A stretch of 64,000 bases of DNA from assembly GCA_964436015.1 (NCBI GenBank), contig CAYTAR010000003.1, positions 16,678-80,677 on the forward strand. The letters are read 5' to 3'. This DNA is from an uncultured Candidatus Saccharibacteria bacterium. GTDB lineage: Bacteria > Patescibacteriota > Minisyncoccia > Phycocordibacterales > GCA-2401445. Below, one piece after another: positions 36,205 to 44,930 of the stretch (positions within the stretch are counted from its first letter, which is position 1; each line of letters begins with the position of its first letter). Under the pieces are notes generated by a model. That model was given only the letters and a program-made list of their open reading frames with translations, was not told the origin of the DNA and ran no database searches. The position numbers were made by a program, and so were the translations under genes.

Positions 36205-36948
36205 ATGTACGCAAACAGGACTCGTATAAAGAAGGACATTCTTGCTGAATTTGTCTTGCCAAAGAAAAAAACCAGTAAGGTTATTATTCTTGCAGGTGGA
36301 GCGCCTGGGTATCCAGAAAGAACAGAGTTGATGTTCTGGCTTGCTAAAAAGGGGTATGCGGTATTCAATCCTCGGTATAGGGGTAGTTGGGAAAGCGGGG
36401 GTTCTTTTCTCAAAGTTTCTCCACATAAAGATGTACTGGATATCATTGATGTATTACAGAGCGGATTTGCTGATGTGGTAAGTGGGGCGATGTTTGCTAT
36501 CAGTAAACCAGAAGTATATTTGATTGGTTCTAGTTTCGGGGGCCCTGCAGTACTACTCGCAAGTTTAGATAAGCGGGTAAAAAAAGTGGTTGCACTTGGG
36601 AGTGTGGTTGACTGGCGGATTGAGAGTGAAGCGGAACCACAAGAATTATTTCACACCCTTATGACCGAAGCATTTGGAGAAGGGTACCGTTTTCTTGAGA
36701 GTGACTGGAGTAAGCTTTTCAATGGGAGCTTTTATAACCCCGTTGCGTATTCCAGAAGATTTGACCCTCAAAAGATATGTATGATCCACGGCTCGCATGA
36801 CGCGGTGGTTACGCTTGACCCTGTAATTGCATTCGCGAAGGAGATTAAGTGTCGTTTGCATGTGCTTAAGAAGACAGGACATCTTTCTGTTTCTGATATT
36901 GTTGACCCAAAAATATCACGTATCGTATTCAAGTTTTTGAATTCGTAA
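36205..36948 (+). CDS. alpha/beta hydrolase (DLH/S9-like)
   Basis: 247 aa. LIGSSFGG nucleophile elbow and a late HGSHD. Confidence 0.7.
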   Translation: MYANRTRIKKDILAEFVLPKKKTSKVIILAGGAPGYPERTELMFWLAKKGYAVFNPRYRGSWESGGSFLKVSPHKDVLDIIDVLQSGFADVVSGAMFAISKPEVYLIGSSFGGPAVLLASLDKRVKKVVALGSVVDWRIESEAEPQELFHTLMTEAFGEGYRFLESDWSKLFNGSFYNPVAYSRRFDPQKICMIHGSHDAVVTLDPVIAFAKEIKCRLHVLKKTGHLSVSDIVDPKISRIVFKFLNS

Positions 36949-36978
36949 AAAAATACCAAAAATGCTATTCTAGATACC

Positions 36979-38475
36979 ATGGCGTCAATTGATGAAATTA
37001 GAAATGAACGTATTAAGAAGCTCGAGCTCCTCCGTAGCCGAGGTATTGATCCTTACCCAAGTGAGACTCATAGTACGCATACTATAGAAGGGGCTCTTGC
37101 TCAATTTGAGTCACTTGCGGAACAAGGTACGACTATTACACTCGCAGGTAGAGTGATGTCGCTCCGCGCACATGGCGCATTAACTTTCGCGGATATTTTT
37201 GACGGGACAAAACGTATTCAAGTATACCTAAAGCAGGATGAAATGGAGGGAAGTGTGTATGACGCATTTGGTGAATACGTAGATACGAGTGATTTTATTG
37301 AAGTAACGGGTACCCTGTTTGTTACTAAACGAGGCCAGCAGAGTATACGACTCGTAGCGTTCAGAATGCTTGCAAAGAGTTTGCGTCCTATTCCATCGGA
37401 GTGGTTTGGTATTAAGGATGAAGATGCTCGTTTTCGAAAGCGATATATAGATATTTTACTTCAAGAACACTTGGCGCTACAGGTGCGAAGAAGAAGTGTT
37501 TTTTGGAATACCATGCGCACGTTTCTTCTAGAGAGAGGTTTTATTGAAGTTGAGACGCCTGTACTTGAGACTAAAACTGGAGGAGCGGAAGCACGGCCTT
37601 TCGTAACGCACCACAATGCGCTTGATATTGATGTGTTTCTCCGTATTTCTGCAGGTGAACTGTGGCAGAAGAAATTAATGGTGGCAGGGTTACCAAAAAC
37701 TTTTGAGATTGGGCGAATTTTCCGTAATGAAGGTATGTCTCATGAGCATTTGCAAGATTACACCCAACTTGAATTCTATCAAGCGTATTCTGATTTCAGA
37801 GAAGGGATGAAGATGGTTATTGATCTATATAGAACCGTTGCTGACAATGTATTCGGTACTCGTGTATTTACTATCGGAGATTTTACTGTAGATTTTGATG
37901 CAGACTGGAAGGAGTATGACTACTGTGCACTTATGGAAAAGGCGTACGGATTTGACCCTCGTACTGTTACATTTGAAGAAGTGCGAAAGAGTATGCAAGA
38001 AGCACGCCATAAAGATGCGGGAGACCCCACACTCACGCTTGCACGAGGGGTTGATTCTTTGTGGAAATTGCTACGAAAGACGATTGGTGGCCCAGGGTTT
38101 CTCGTTAATGTGCCTGTGTATCTTGAGCCATTGGCAAAGCGAAGTAAGGATGATACGCGTGTTGTAGAGCGGTTTCAGGTGCTCATCGCAGGAAGCGAAA
38201 TGGGGAAGGGTTTTTCAGAGTTAAATGACCCCCTTGATCAACATGAACGTTTTCTGGAACAGGAACACTTGCGCGAAACAGGAGACGAAGAAGCACAAAT
38301 GAATGATGCTGATTTTGTTGAAGCGCTTGAGTATGGTATGCCTCCAACATTTGGCTTCGGACTCTCTGAGCGTCTTTTTAGTTTTCTATCAAACGTATCA
38401 GTGCGAGAGGCTCAGATTTTTCCTTTGATGAGGCCTAAAGAAGATGGAGAAAAGACAAGCGAAAAAAACCCATAG
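36979..38475 (+). CDS. lysS: lysine--tRNA ligase (class II)
   Basis: 498 aa. N-terminal anticodon-binding OB fold. FIEVETPVL (motif 1), FRNEGMSHEH...EFYQAY (motif 2). Its length fits LysRS. Confidence 0.8.
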   Translation: MASIDEIRNERIKKLELLRSRGIDPYPSETHSTHTIEGALAQFESLAEQGTTITLAGRVMSLRAHGALTFADIFDGTKRIQVYLKQDEMEGSVYDAFGEYVDTSDFIEVTGTLFVTKRGQQSIRLVAFRMLAKSLRPIPSEWFGIKDEDARFRKRYIDILLQEHLALQVRRRSVFWNTMRTFLLERGFIEVETPVLETKTGGAEARPFVTHHNALDIDVFLRISAGELWQKKLMVAGLPKTFEIGRIFRNEGMSHEHLQDYTQLEFYQAYSDFREGMKMVIDLYRTVADNVFGTRVFTIGDFTVDFDADWKEYDYCALMEKAYGFDPRTVTFEEVRKSMQEARHKDAGDPTLTLARGVDSLWKLLRKTIGGPGFLVNVPVYLEPLAKRSKDDTRVVERFQVLIAGSEMGKGFSELNDPLDQHERFLEQEHLRETGDEEAQMNDADFVEALEYGMPPTFGFGLSERLFSFLSNVSVREAQIFPLMRPKEDGEKTSEKNP

Positions 38476-38620
38476 CGTATCTATTGAACGACTCTCGCAC
38501 TTCAGGTGTGGTGTGTGTGATAAGTGGTGGAGTGTTGCAGATGCACCAAAAAAGAAAAGGGTATGGTTCTGTACATGGTGTGGGGCTCATACAAAAACCT
38601 CCGCATAGTAAGTGCGGAGG

Positions 38621-38911
38621 TTACTCTTCTTTAGGTGTTTTGAGTGCGATGGTTAGAATTCCATCGGGTGAAATTGAAGCATCGCCATATATATCAATCC
38701 ACGCTACCAGTCCACGACGGTCTCTCTCGGGATTGGTTCCAGGAATAATGTTTAAGGGAGAAGCCTCGCCACTGATACGCCATTCGACTAGTTGGTATTC
38801 CGTGTCCTCGTCATTAAAAAAGCATCGCCAGTGCTTTTCTTGTTTTGAGTGAATTCTAGTTGCATTGCCTGCAATACGTACCCATGTGTTTTTTCTTGAG
38901 TTGTTTTCCAT
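38621..38911 (-). CDS. Hsp20/alpha-crystallin family small heat-shock protein
   Basis: About 97 aa from MENNSRK. C-terminal GILTIALKTPK motif. The longer N terminus in the track has no ribosome-binding site. Confidence 0.6.
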   Translation of the reverse strand: MENNSRKNTWVRIAGNATRIHSKQEKHWRCFFNDEDTEYQLVEWRISGEASPLNIIPGTNPERDRRGLVAWIDIYGDASISPDGILTIALKTPKEE

Positions 38912-38996
38912 ATTCCACAGACACGTTACCATGCACTGGTGGTGAGTCAAGTGGGGGCGTGTTGCATAAAATAATGACTTCAGTACTATATATCGT

Positions 38997-39878
38997 ATGT
39001 TGAACAAAGAAGAATACATCATTTTACTTTTCTATAAGTTTATTCGCATTAAAGATCCGCATGTACTCTGTGAACGAGAGAAGGCTGTCTGTTCTGTGCT
39101 TGGAATGACGGGGAGGATGCTTATTGCCGAAGAGGGAATCAATGGGACTTTTGAAGGAACGAGAGAAGCGACAGAGAAATATAAAAAACATTTATTGAGT
39201 GATCCTCGCTTTAAGAATGTTGTGTTTAAAGAAAGTATCGGGAACGGGAAGGCGTTTTCAAAGCTTAAGGTAAAAGTTCGAAATGAAGTGGTAACTCTCG
39301 GTGTGGGAACGCTTAATCCTGAAAGAGATACCGCGCCTGAGTTGTCCGCAACTGAGTTTGAGCGATGGTACGAAAAGAATGAAGATTTTGTTGTGCTAGA
39401 TTTGCGAAATAGCTACGAGATTGTTTCTGGGTATTTTGATAAGACCATTGATCCTGGACTTAGGCATTTTCGTGATTTACCTGCAAAGCTAAAAGAACTT
39501 AAGGAAGATCCACGGTTGAAGAATAAAAAAATTGTCACCGTGTGCACCGGTGGAATTCGCTGTGAGAAAGCAACTTGTCTCATGAAGCAGGAAGGATTTG
39601 AACAGGTGTACCAGCTGAAGGACGGCATTCATACGTACATGCAAAAGTATCCGGGAAAGCGATTTAACGGAACACTTTTTGTGTTTGATAATCGAATGAC
39701 AACCCCGGTGGTTCCAGATGCACCACGCGCCATTGTTGGATCGTGTGTATTCTGTACGCATACCACAGAGCATTACGTGAATGATGACACTACCACTCCA
39801 TCCACTAAACTACTTTGCTGTGAATCTTGTTTTGAGAGCAGAAAAGATTCTCTTCGTGCAGTGGTTCCTACTGCGTAA
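38997..39878 (+). CDS. trhO: rhodanese-domain tRNA uridine(34) hydroxylase TrhO (UPF0176/YceA)
   Basis: 293 aa. Rhodanese domain with CTGGIRCEKA and a C-terminal Cys cluster. Confidence 0.75.
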   Translation: MLNKEEYIILLFYKFIRIKDPHVLCEREKAVCSVLGMTGRMLIAEEGINGTFEGTREATEKYKKHLLSDPRFKNVVFKESIGNGKAFSKLKVKVRNEVVTLGVGTLNPERDTAPELSATEFERWYEKNEDFVVLDLRNSYEIVSGYFDKTIDPGLRHFRDLPAKLKELKEDPRLKNKKIVTVCTGGIRCEKATCLMKQEGFEQVYQLKDGIHTYMQKYPGKRFNGTLFVFDNRMTTPVVPDAPRAIVGSCVFCTHTTEHYVNDDTTTPSTKLLCCESCFESRKDSLRAVVPTA

Positions 39879-39914
39879 TTTTTTCAATGAGCGCTCGTAG
39901 TTTATACTATTCTT

Positions 39915-40538
39915 ATGAATAGAAAGTATACGCTCGTAGCACTACTTGGAATGTTCCTTTTACTTGGTATTTTCTTTTTTCGTGACTCAGCGTATGAAAT
40001 ACGGAATAGTGATTCTACCGGTACGAGCATTGTCGCACTCGGTGATAGTTTGGTTGAAGGGGTAGGGGCAACTCCAGGAAATGATTTTGTATCACTTCTC
40101 TCTACGCGAATTGGGGAACCGATTGTTAATTTGGGAGTACGAGGAAATACAAGCAAAGATGCACTTGCGCGTATAGACGATGTGCTCGCGGAAGATCCTC
40201 GCGTAGTGTTGATTCTAGTCGGAGGGAATGATTATTTACGGCGAGTACCAAGAGAAGAGGTATTTGAAAATATAAGAACACTTATTACACAGATTCAAGA
40301 ATATGGAAGTGCGGTTATTCTGCTTGGAGTGCGCGGGGGGATATTGCGTGATAATTTTGATGCAGACTTTGAAGCACTCGCTCGAGAACTTGGTTGTGGT
40401 TTTGTACCAAATGTATTAGATGGACTACTTGGGAACAGTGAACTAATGTACGATGCGATACATCCAAATGATGAGGGGTATAAGCTCATCGCTGATAAAG
40501 TAGAGCCAGTTGTGCGTGGGGTACTCTACGGAAAGTAG
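39915..40538 (+). CDS. SGNH/GDSL hydrolase (secreted/anchored)
   Basis: 207 aa. VALGDSL, GGND, DAIHPN blocks. Confidence 0.75.
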   Translation: MNRKYTLVALLGMFLLLGIFFFRDSAYEIRNSDSTGTSIVALGDSLVEGVGATPGNDFVSLLSTRIGEPIVNLGVRGNTSKDALARIDDVLAEDPRVVLILVGGNDYLRRVPREEVFENIRTLITQIQEYGSAVILLGVRGGILRDNFDADFEALARELGCGFVPNVLDGLLGNSELMYDAIHPNDEGYKLIADKVEPVVRGVLYGK

Positions 40539-40582
40539 ACCACTTTTGTCTTTTATGGTATATAAGTTTCAGAAAGGTTTCT

Positions 40583-40909
40583 ATGAAGAAAATTGTGATT
40601 TTTGTGTGTTTGTATCCGGGTGGCATTGCTCAGGATATGACGGCAGAGTTTGTTAAGCGGTGTGAGGATGAAGGTTTTGTGTGCAACACATACAATTCTG
40701 AGACTCACCCTCAAGTCATCCTCCGCGCATGTATGATGCGAAATTCAATTATTGTCGTGTATGCTGAGCGTGGTCATGTGCTTGTTTCAAAATTAGAAAC
40801 GATGGCCAACATCAATGACTCTCAGTTCATACACTGTACCCATCACCCCGAAGCAGTCATTTCCATTCCCGCCTTGATTGAATCGATGACTCCCCTTAAT
40901 GCATATTAG
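40583..40909 (+). CDS. hypothetical protein
   Basis: 108-aa ORF, compositionally normal. Confidence 0.4.
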   Translation: MKKIVIFVCLYPGGIAQDMTAEFVKRCEDEGFVCNTYNSETHPQVILRACMMRNSIIVVYAERGHVLVSKLETMANINDSQFIHCTHHPEAVISIPALIESMTPLNAY

Positions 40910-40980
40910 TATTTAGACGCGCATAGGCGCGTTTTTTGTTACTTTATAAATGTGCAGGCGTAGTATATTATGAGTCTGTT

Positions 40981-41556
40981 ATGGAAGATAATGACGAGAA
41001 GGAGTTATTAGAGAAGGTTCACATGGGAGACCATGGCGCTTTTGGCCTGCTCTATAACCGGTATGTTTCTCGTATATATAATTTTATCTATTATAAAACT
41101 CACCATAGAGAGACTGCAGAGGACATTACGAGTCAAACTTTTTATCAAGCACTTGCACATATTCATGATCTTGATCCAAAACGTTCATTCTCTCCGTGGC
41201 TTTATCAGATAGCCCGTAACCTTGTGACTGATCACTACAGAAAACAAAAACATAGGAATCATAGTGACGTAGAAGATATTTGGGATACGTCTATTGCTGA
41301 TGCGGGAGTTGATATTGAAATGGATACGGATGTAAAGATGACTTTTGAGGCATTGAAAGAGCATTTGGAGAAGTTGTCTTCTGATGAACGAGAGATTGTA
41401 ATGCTTCGCGTGTGGGACGAGATGCCGTATAAAGAAATAGGGGCAATCGTAGGAAAGAGTGAAGGTGCGTGTAAGATGTCTTTTTCGCGTTCAATCGCAA
41501 CACTTAGGAATGCGCTTCCGATTACTGCGTATGTACTTATGATGCTTAAATTTTAA
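40981..41556 (+). CDS. ECF-type RNA polymerase sigma-70 factor
   Basis: About 191 aa. Region 2 (YNRYVSRIYNFIYYKT..AEDITSQTF) and region 4 HTH (EREIVMLRVWDEMPYKEIGAIVGKSEGACK). Confidence 0.8.
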   Translation: MEDNDEKELLEKVHMGDHGAFGLLYNRYVSRIYNFIYYKTHHRETAEDITSQTFYQALAHIHDLDPKRSFSPWLYQIARNLVTDHYRKQKHRNHSDVEDIWDTSIADAGVDIEMDTDVKMTFEALKEHLEKLSSDEREIVMLRVWDEMPYKEIGAIVGKSEGACKMSFSRSIATLRNALPITAYVLMMLKF

Positions 41557-41560
41557 TATT

Positions 41561-43063
41561 ATGAATATATCAAAAAAAATAGATACTATATTGCAGGAGT
41601 TATACCTCATTGATCCTGCACTCAAAACGAGGGAAGGGGAACTCAAGTTGCTGATCAGTAAACTGATTGAACTTAAACCTGACACTAAGTTTGATGAGGA
41701 GTTTGCGGTCAGGTTAAGGGAGGAGCTCGCGCTACGTCCGATTGGTAATTCAAAACAATCTTTTTTCAGTATGCCTTTTATGAAAGTTGCCTCAATTACA
41801 GTGCCAGCGTTCGCGGTACTGCTCTTGTTCGTTCTTCCTTTCGTATCAGAGAAGCAGGCGGGAGTGTTTTCAGTTTCGGTTACTGATGTAGGCAGGATTG
41901 CATTCGGAGACATTGTATATCCTGGTGGGAATGCGGATAGTTTTGGTGGAGCAACGATTGATGGTGTTGCGGAAAGTAGTGGTGTAGCCTTTGACGCATC
42001 AGTTTCTATGGTTGCTGATATATCAGTACCCGAAGGACGTGGGGGAGGTATTTCAGAGAAAATGATTGAACCTCCACAATCTTTGTCGGTGCGACCTCAA
42101 CCAGAGAGTATTGATTTATACCAGTTTACGTATGCAGGAGAAACTATTCCCGAATTGACTGCGGAGGGGTTTGTGTATAAGCGGGTAGCGGCGCGTGGAG
42201 ACTCATCACGGCTTATATCTGCATTAAAAAATACCAACCTTGGATTTTTATCCCTTGGTAGTTTTGATGAACTTAAAGTGCGAACATTTTCAGTGTTTGA
42301 AGATAAGGATTTTGGGTATGAAATAACTGCCCATATTGAAGAGGGTTCTTTATACATAGGTCCAAACTGGTCTCGGTGGAATAGTCATAAAGATGGAGAT
42401 GTAAGACAGCCTGCAGCTGAAATAATTCCAAGTGAGCGCGCGATTGATATCGCGGATGCGTTTTTACGTGAGTATGCAATTTCTCGGGCTAATTTTGGAG
42501 ATCCAACCGTTAGACATTTTGGTGCAGAGGTTGTTGCGTACGATGATATGTCTTTATCGAAAGAAACAATGCCTGCAGTATGGATGCCTGAGGCAGTGAG
42601 TGTTGTATATCCACTTGTGATAGATGAGAGTGTTGTTATTGACGAAGGCGGATATCCGTTCGGTATGAATGTTATGGTAAACGTACCTTATGCTAAGGTG
42701 TCTAATGTAGAAAATCTCTCTACTCATACATATGAGCGCTCAGCGTACCCGCTTATTGATGACTGGAATACGGTTTTAGGGAAGATTGAAGCACGAAATA
42801 CTATAAACTTTTTCTCTGATGATTTTGTTGGGGAAAAACGAGTACGACCTATATTACTTGATACTCCGACAGTGGTGTTGATGCACACATGGGTATATGA
42901 TCCAGTACGCTCAATTTCGCAGGAGCTACTTGTTCCAGCACTTCGTTTTCCTGTACTTGTTGATCCAGCTTCTTCATACATGTTCTATTCAGATTCTATA
43001 ATGATTCCGTTGGTTCAAGGTGTTGGTGAAGATGTGTATAGAATCTTGCCTGCTGTACAATAG
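41561..43063 (+). CDS. putative anti-sigma factor / membrane-spanning hypothetical protein
   Basis: 500 aa. Immediately downstream of the ECF sigma gene. Single TM helix near residue 80 with a large extracytoplasmic domain. Confidence 0.4.
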   Translation: MNISKKIDTILQELYLIDPALKTREGELKLLISKLIELKPDTKFDEEFAVRLREELALRPIGNSKQSFFSMPFMKVASITVPAFAVLLLFVLPFVSEKQAGVFSVSVTDVGRIAFGDIVYPGGNADSFGGATIDGVAESSGVAFDASVSMVADISVPEGRGGGISEKMIEPPQSLSVRPQPESIDLYQFTYAGETIPELTAEGFVYKRVAARGDSSRLISALKNTNLGFLSLGSFDELKVRTFSVFEDKDFGYEITAHIEEGSLYIGPNWSRWNSHKDGDVRQPAAEIIPSERAIDIADAFLREYAISRANFGDPTVRHFGAEVVAYDDMSLSKETMPAVWMPEAVSVVYPLVIDESVVIDEGGYPFGMNVMVNVPYAKVSNVENLSTHTYERSAYPLIDDWNTVLGKIEARNTINFFSDDFVGEKRVRPILLDTPTVVLMHTWVYDPVRSISQELLVPALRFPVLVDPASSYMFYSDSIMIPLVQGVGEDVYRILPAVQ

Positions 43064-43066
43064 GTC

Positions 43067-43609
43067 TTGTTTGAATTTAGAGGTATATACTCTACAATAG
43101 GGTATATGCTTGATAGGTTGATTCATGTACTCACGATACTCGCTGTAGTAGCTATTGTAGCTCTCGGAGGAAGCCTCTTTACTTCTTTTGGTTTTGCCAC
43201 TGATTCAGTAACAGAGATTTCTTGGTATGATCGTTTAATTTTACCATCGTACGCGCCTGATGGGGCAATTATCGGCATAGCCTGGACGCTTATTTATATT
43301 TTTACCGCATTGTCTGCTTTTATTTTTTACGGTAAAGGAGTGATAGGAAAACGGGCGTACGCGGTTACACTACTCTTTTTTGCAAATGCAGTGCTTAACG
43401 TATATTGGAGTTACTTCTTTTTTGTAAGTAACAATATACTATATGCCGTGTTGGACATGATTCTTCTGCTCGCTACCATAGTACTGCTAATTAAGCTTAT
43501 ACGACGTATCTCAATTAGCTCTGCAGTACTACTGTATCCGTATGCGCTGTGGGTGCTATTTGCAACAGTACTTACAGTACATATCTTAATTCTTAATCCC
43601 ACATCATAA
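43067..43609 (+). CDS. TspO/MBR (tryptophan-rich sensory protein) family membrane protein
   Basis: 180 aa. SWYDRLILPSYAPDGAIIGIAWTLIY and LLYPYALWVLFATVLTVHIL match TspO helices 1 and 5. The start may be an internal Met. Confidence 0.6.
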   Translation: MFEFRGIYSTIGYMLDRLIHVLTILAVVAIVALGGSLFTSFGFATDSVTEISWYDRLILPSYAPDGAIIGIAWTLIYIFTALSAFIFYGKGVIGKRAYAVTLLFFANAVLNVYWSYFFFVSNNILYAVLDMILLLATIVLLIKLIRRISISSAVLLYPYALWVLFATVLTVHILILNPTS

Positions 43610-43927
43610 TGTGTGCGCATGTGGGTTTTGGTTATCAACAGGGGGAGGTTGTGGGGTTTTTTACTTTTTGTATACTAATTATGTAGATTCATTTTTACAC
43701 AGTTCTTTCGGAAGGTGTCATTACTTTCCAGTTGTACCGAGACTTTCAGTCTCACACCAATTTCCGGCCTCGCATTATGTGGGGCCGTTTTCTTTTCCCC
43801 AACGTTCCGTATAACTCCGTGGTAAGATATATCTCCCCAAATATGTTGTATTAACCAGTAAACGACCCACACATACTTTTACAAGTACTTGTTTGTGTAG
43901 GTCGTTTTCTATTTGTGGGAACACTAT

Positions 43928-44515
43928 ATGTCATATACACCACGTCTTGATAAAGCATTAAAGTTAGCAACACTGCTCCATGAGGGGCAGTATCGCAAAG
44001 ATCGTGCGAAAATTCCATACATTGCTCACCCTGTTGCGGTTATGTATATTCTCAAAAAATATACTCGTGATGAAGACATTCTTATAGCAGGATTACTCCA
44101 CGATATTTTAGAAGATGTATTACTACCATACGACGAAAAAATATCTTTGATCACCGAGTCATTCGGTGATCGTGTGTACGAGATAGTTCGTACAGTTTCT
44201 GAAGATACCGACCCACTAACTACCAGTGAAAAGCCTCTTTCGTGGAAAGAGCGAAAGCGTAAGTATATACAGGCACTCACTCAGAGCACTGAAGAAGCAC
44301 TTCTCGTATGTGCTGCAGATAAGATTCATAACCTTATGTCTCTCATTAGCGCGTATGAGCATGAAGGGCCGAGTATTTGGGAAAAATTTCACGCACCAGA
44401 AGGTCATAAGTTGTGGTTCTATCATGAAGTGCTTGAGGTGATTCGCACACGTTCAACCTCGGCAATTGTCGATGAATTTGAACAGGTGTTACAGGAGGCG
44501 GAGAAGTGCCTATAG
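43928..44515 (+). CDS. HD-domain (p)ppGpp hydrolase-like protein (small alarmone hydrolase type)
   Basis: About 195 aa. YRKDRAKIPYIAHPVAV..ILIAGLLHDILEDV matches the RelA/SpoT HD hydrolase motif. Confidence 0.7.
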   Translation: MSYTPRLDKALKLATLLHEGQYRKDRAKIPYIAHPVAVMYILKKYTRDEDILIAGLLHDILEDVLLPYDEKISLITESFGDRVYEIVRTVSEDTDPLTTSEKPLSWKERKRKYIQALTQSTEEALLVCAADKIHNLMSLISAYEHEGPSIWEKFHAPEGHKLWFYHEVLEVIRTRSTSAIVDEFEQVLQEAEKCL

Positions 44516-44567
44516 TTCATCTGCTGTACACTGCCAGATACACGACGGATACGTTATACTTACAATA

Positions 44568-44930
44568 ATGCTTGTCAGTAATTATATTCTCTGGCACTAC
44601 ACGCGCGCACTCAAAGAATTCACTACTTTGTTGGCAACTTTTCTGTGGTTTGTGTACCATTTCTTCTCAATTCCTATACTCCTAAAATCACTGTTTGCTC
44701 CGTTTAAGCGATTGGATGAAAAGAAAGAGCGCGCACTGCAATTTGATGTGGTGCTGGTGAACATACTGATGAGGTTAGTTGGTTTTCTACTGCGCATGAC
44801 GCTCATCCTGATTGGATTTATTTTTCTCTTTGGCATAGTGGTTCTAGGTATTATAGGAATGCTTGCATGGATTTGTATGCCAGTAGTACTAGGTGGGCTG
44901 TTTACCATTTCATTTTTCTTTCTTGTATGA
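44568..44930 (+). CDS. small membrane protein (translationally coupled to the downstream AAA+ gene)
   Basis: About 120 aa with 3 TM helices. Its stop codon overlaps the next ATG (ATGA). Confidence 0.35.
   Translation: MLVSNYILWHYTRALKEFTTLLATFLWFVYHFFSIPILLKSLFAPFKRLDEKKERALQFDVVLVNILMRLVGFLLRMTLILIGFIFLFGIVVLGIIGMLAWICMPVVLGGLFTISFFFLV

Noticed and set aside
38484-38852. 122-aa plus-strand ORF
   Set aside because: It overlaps, on the opposite strand, the Hsp20 gene, which has the diagnostic GILTIALKTPK C terminus.
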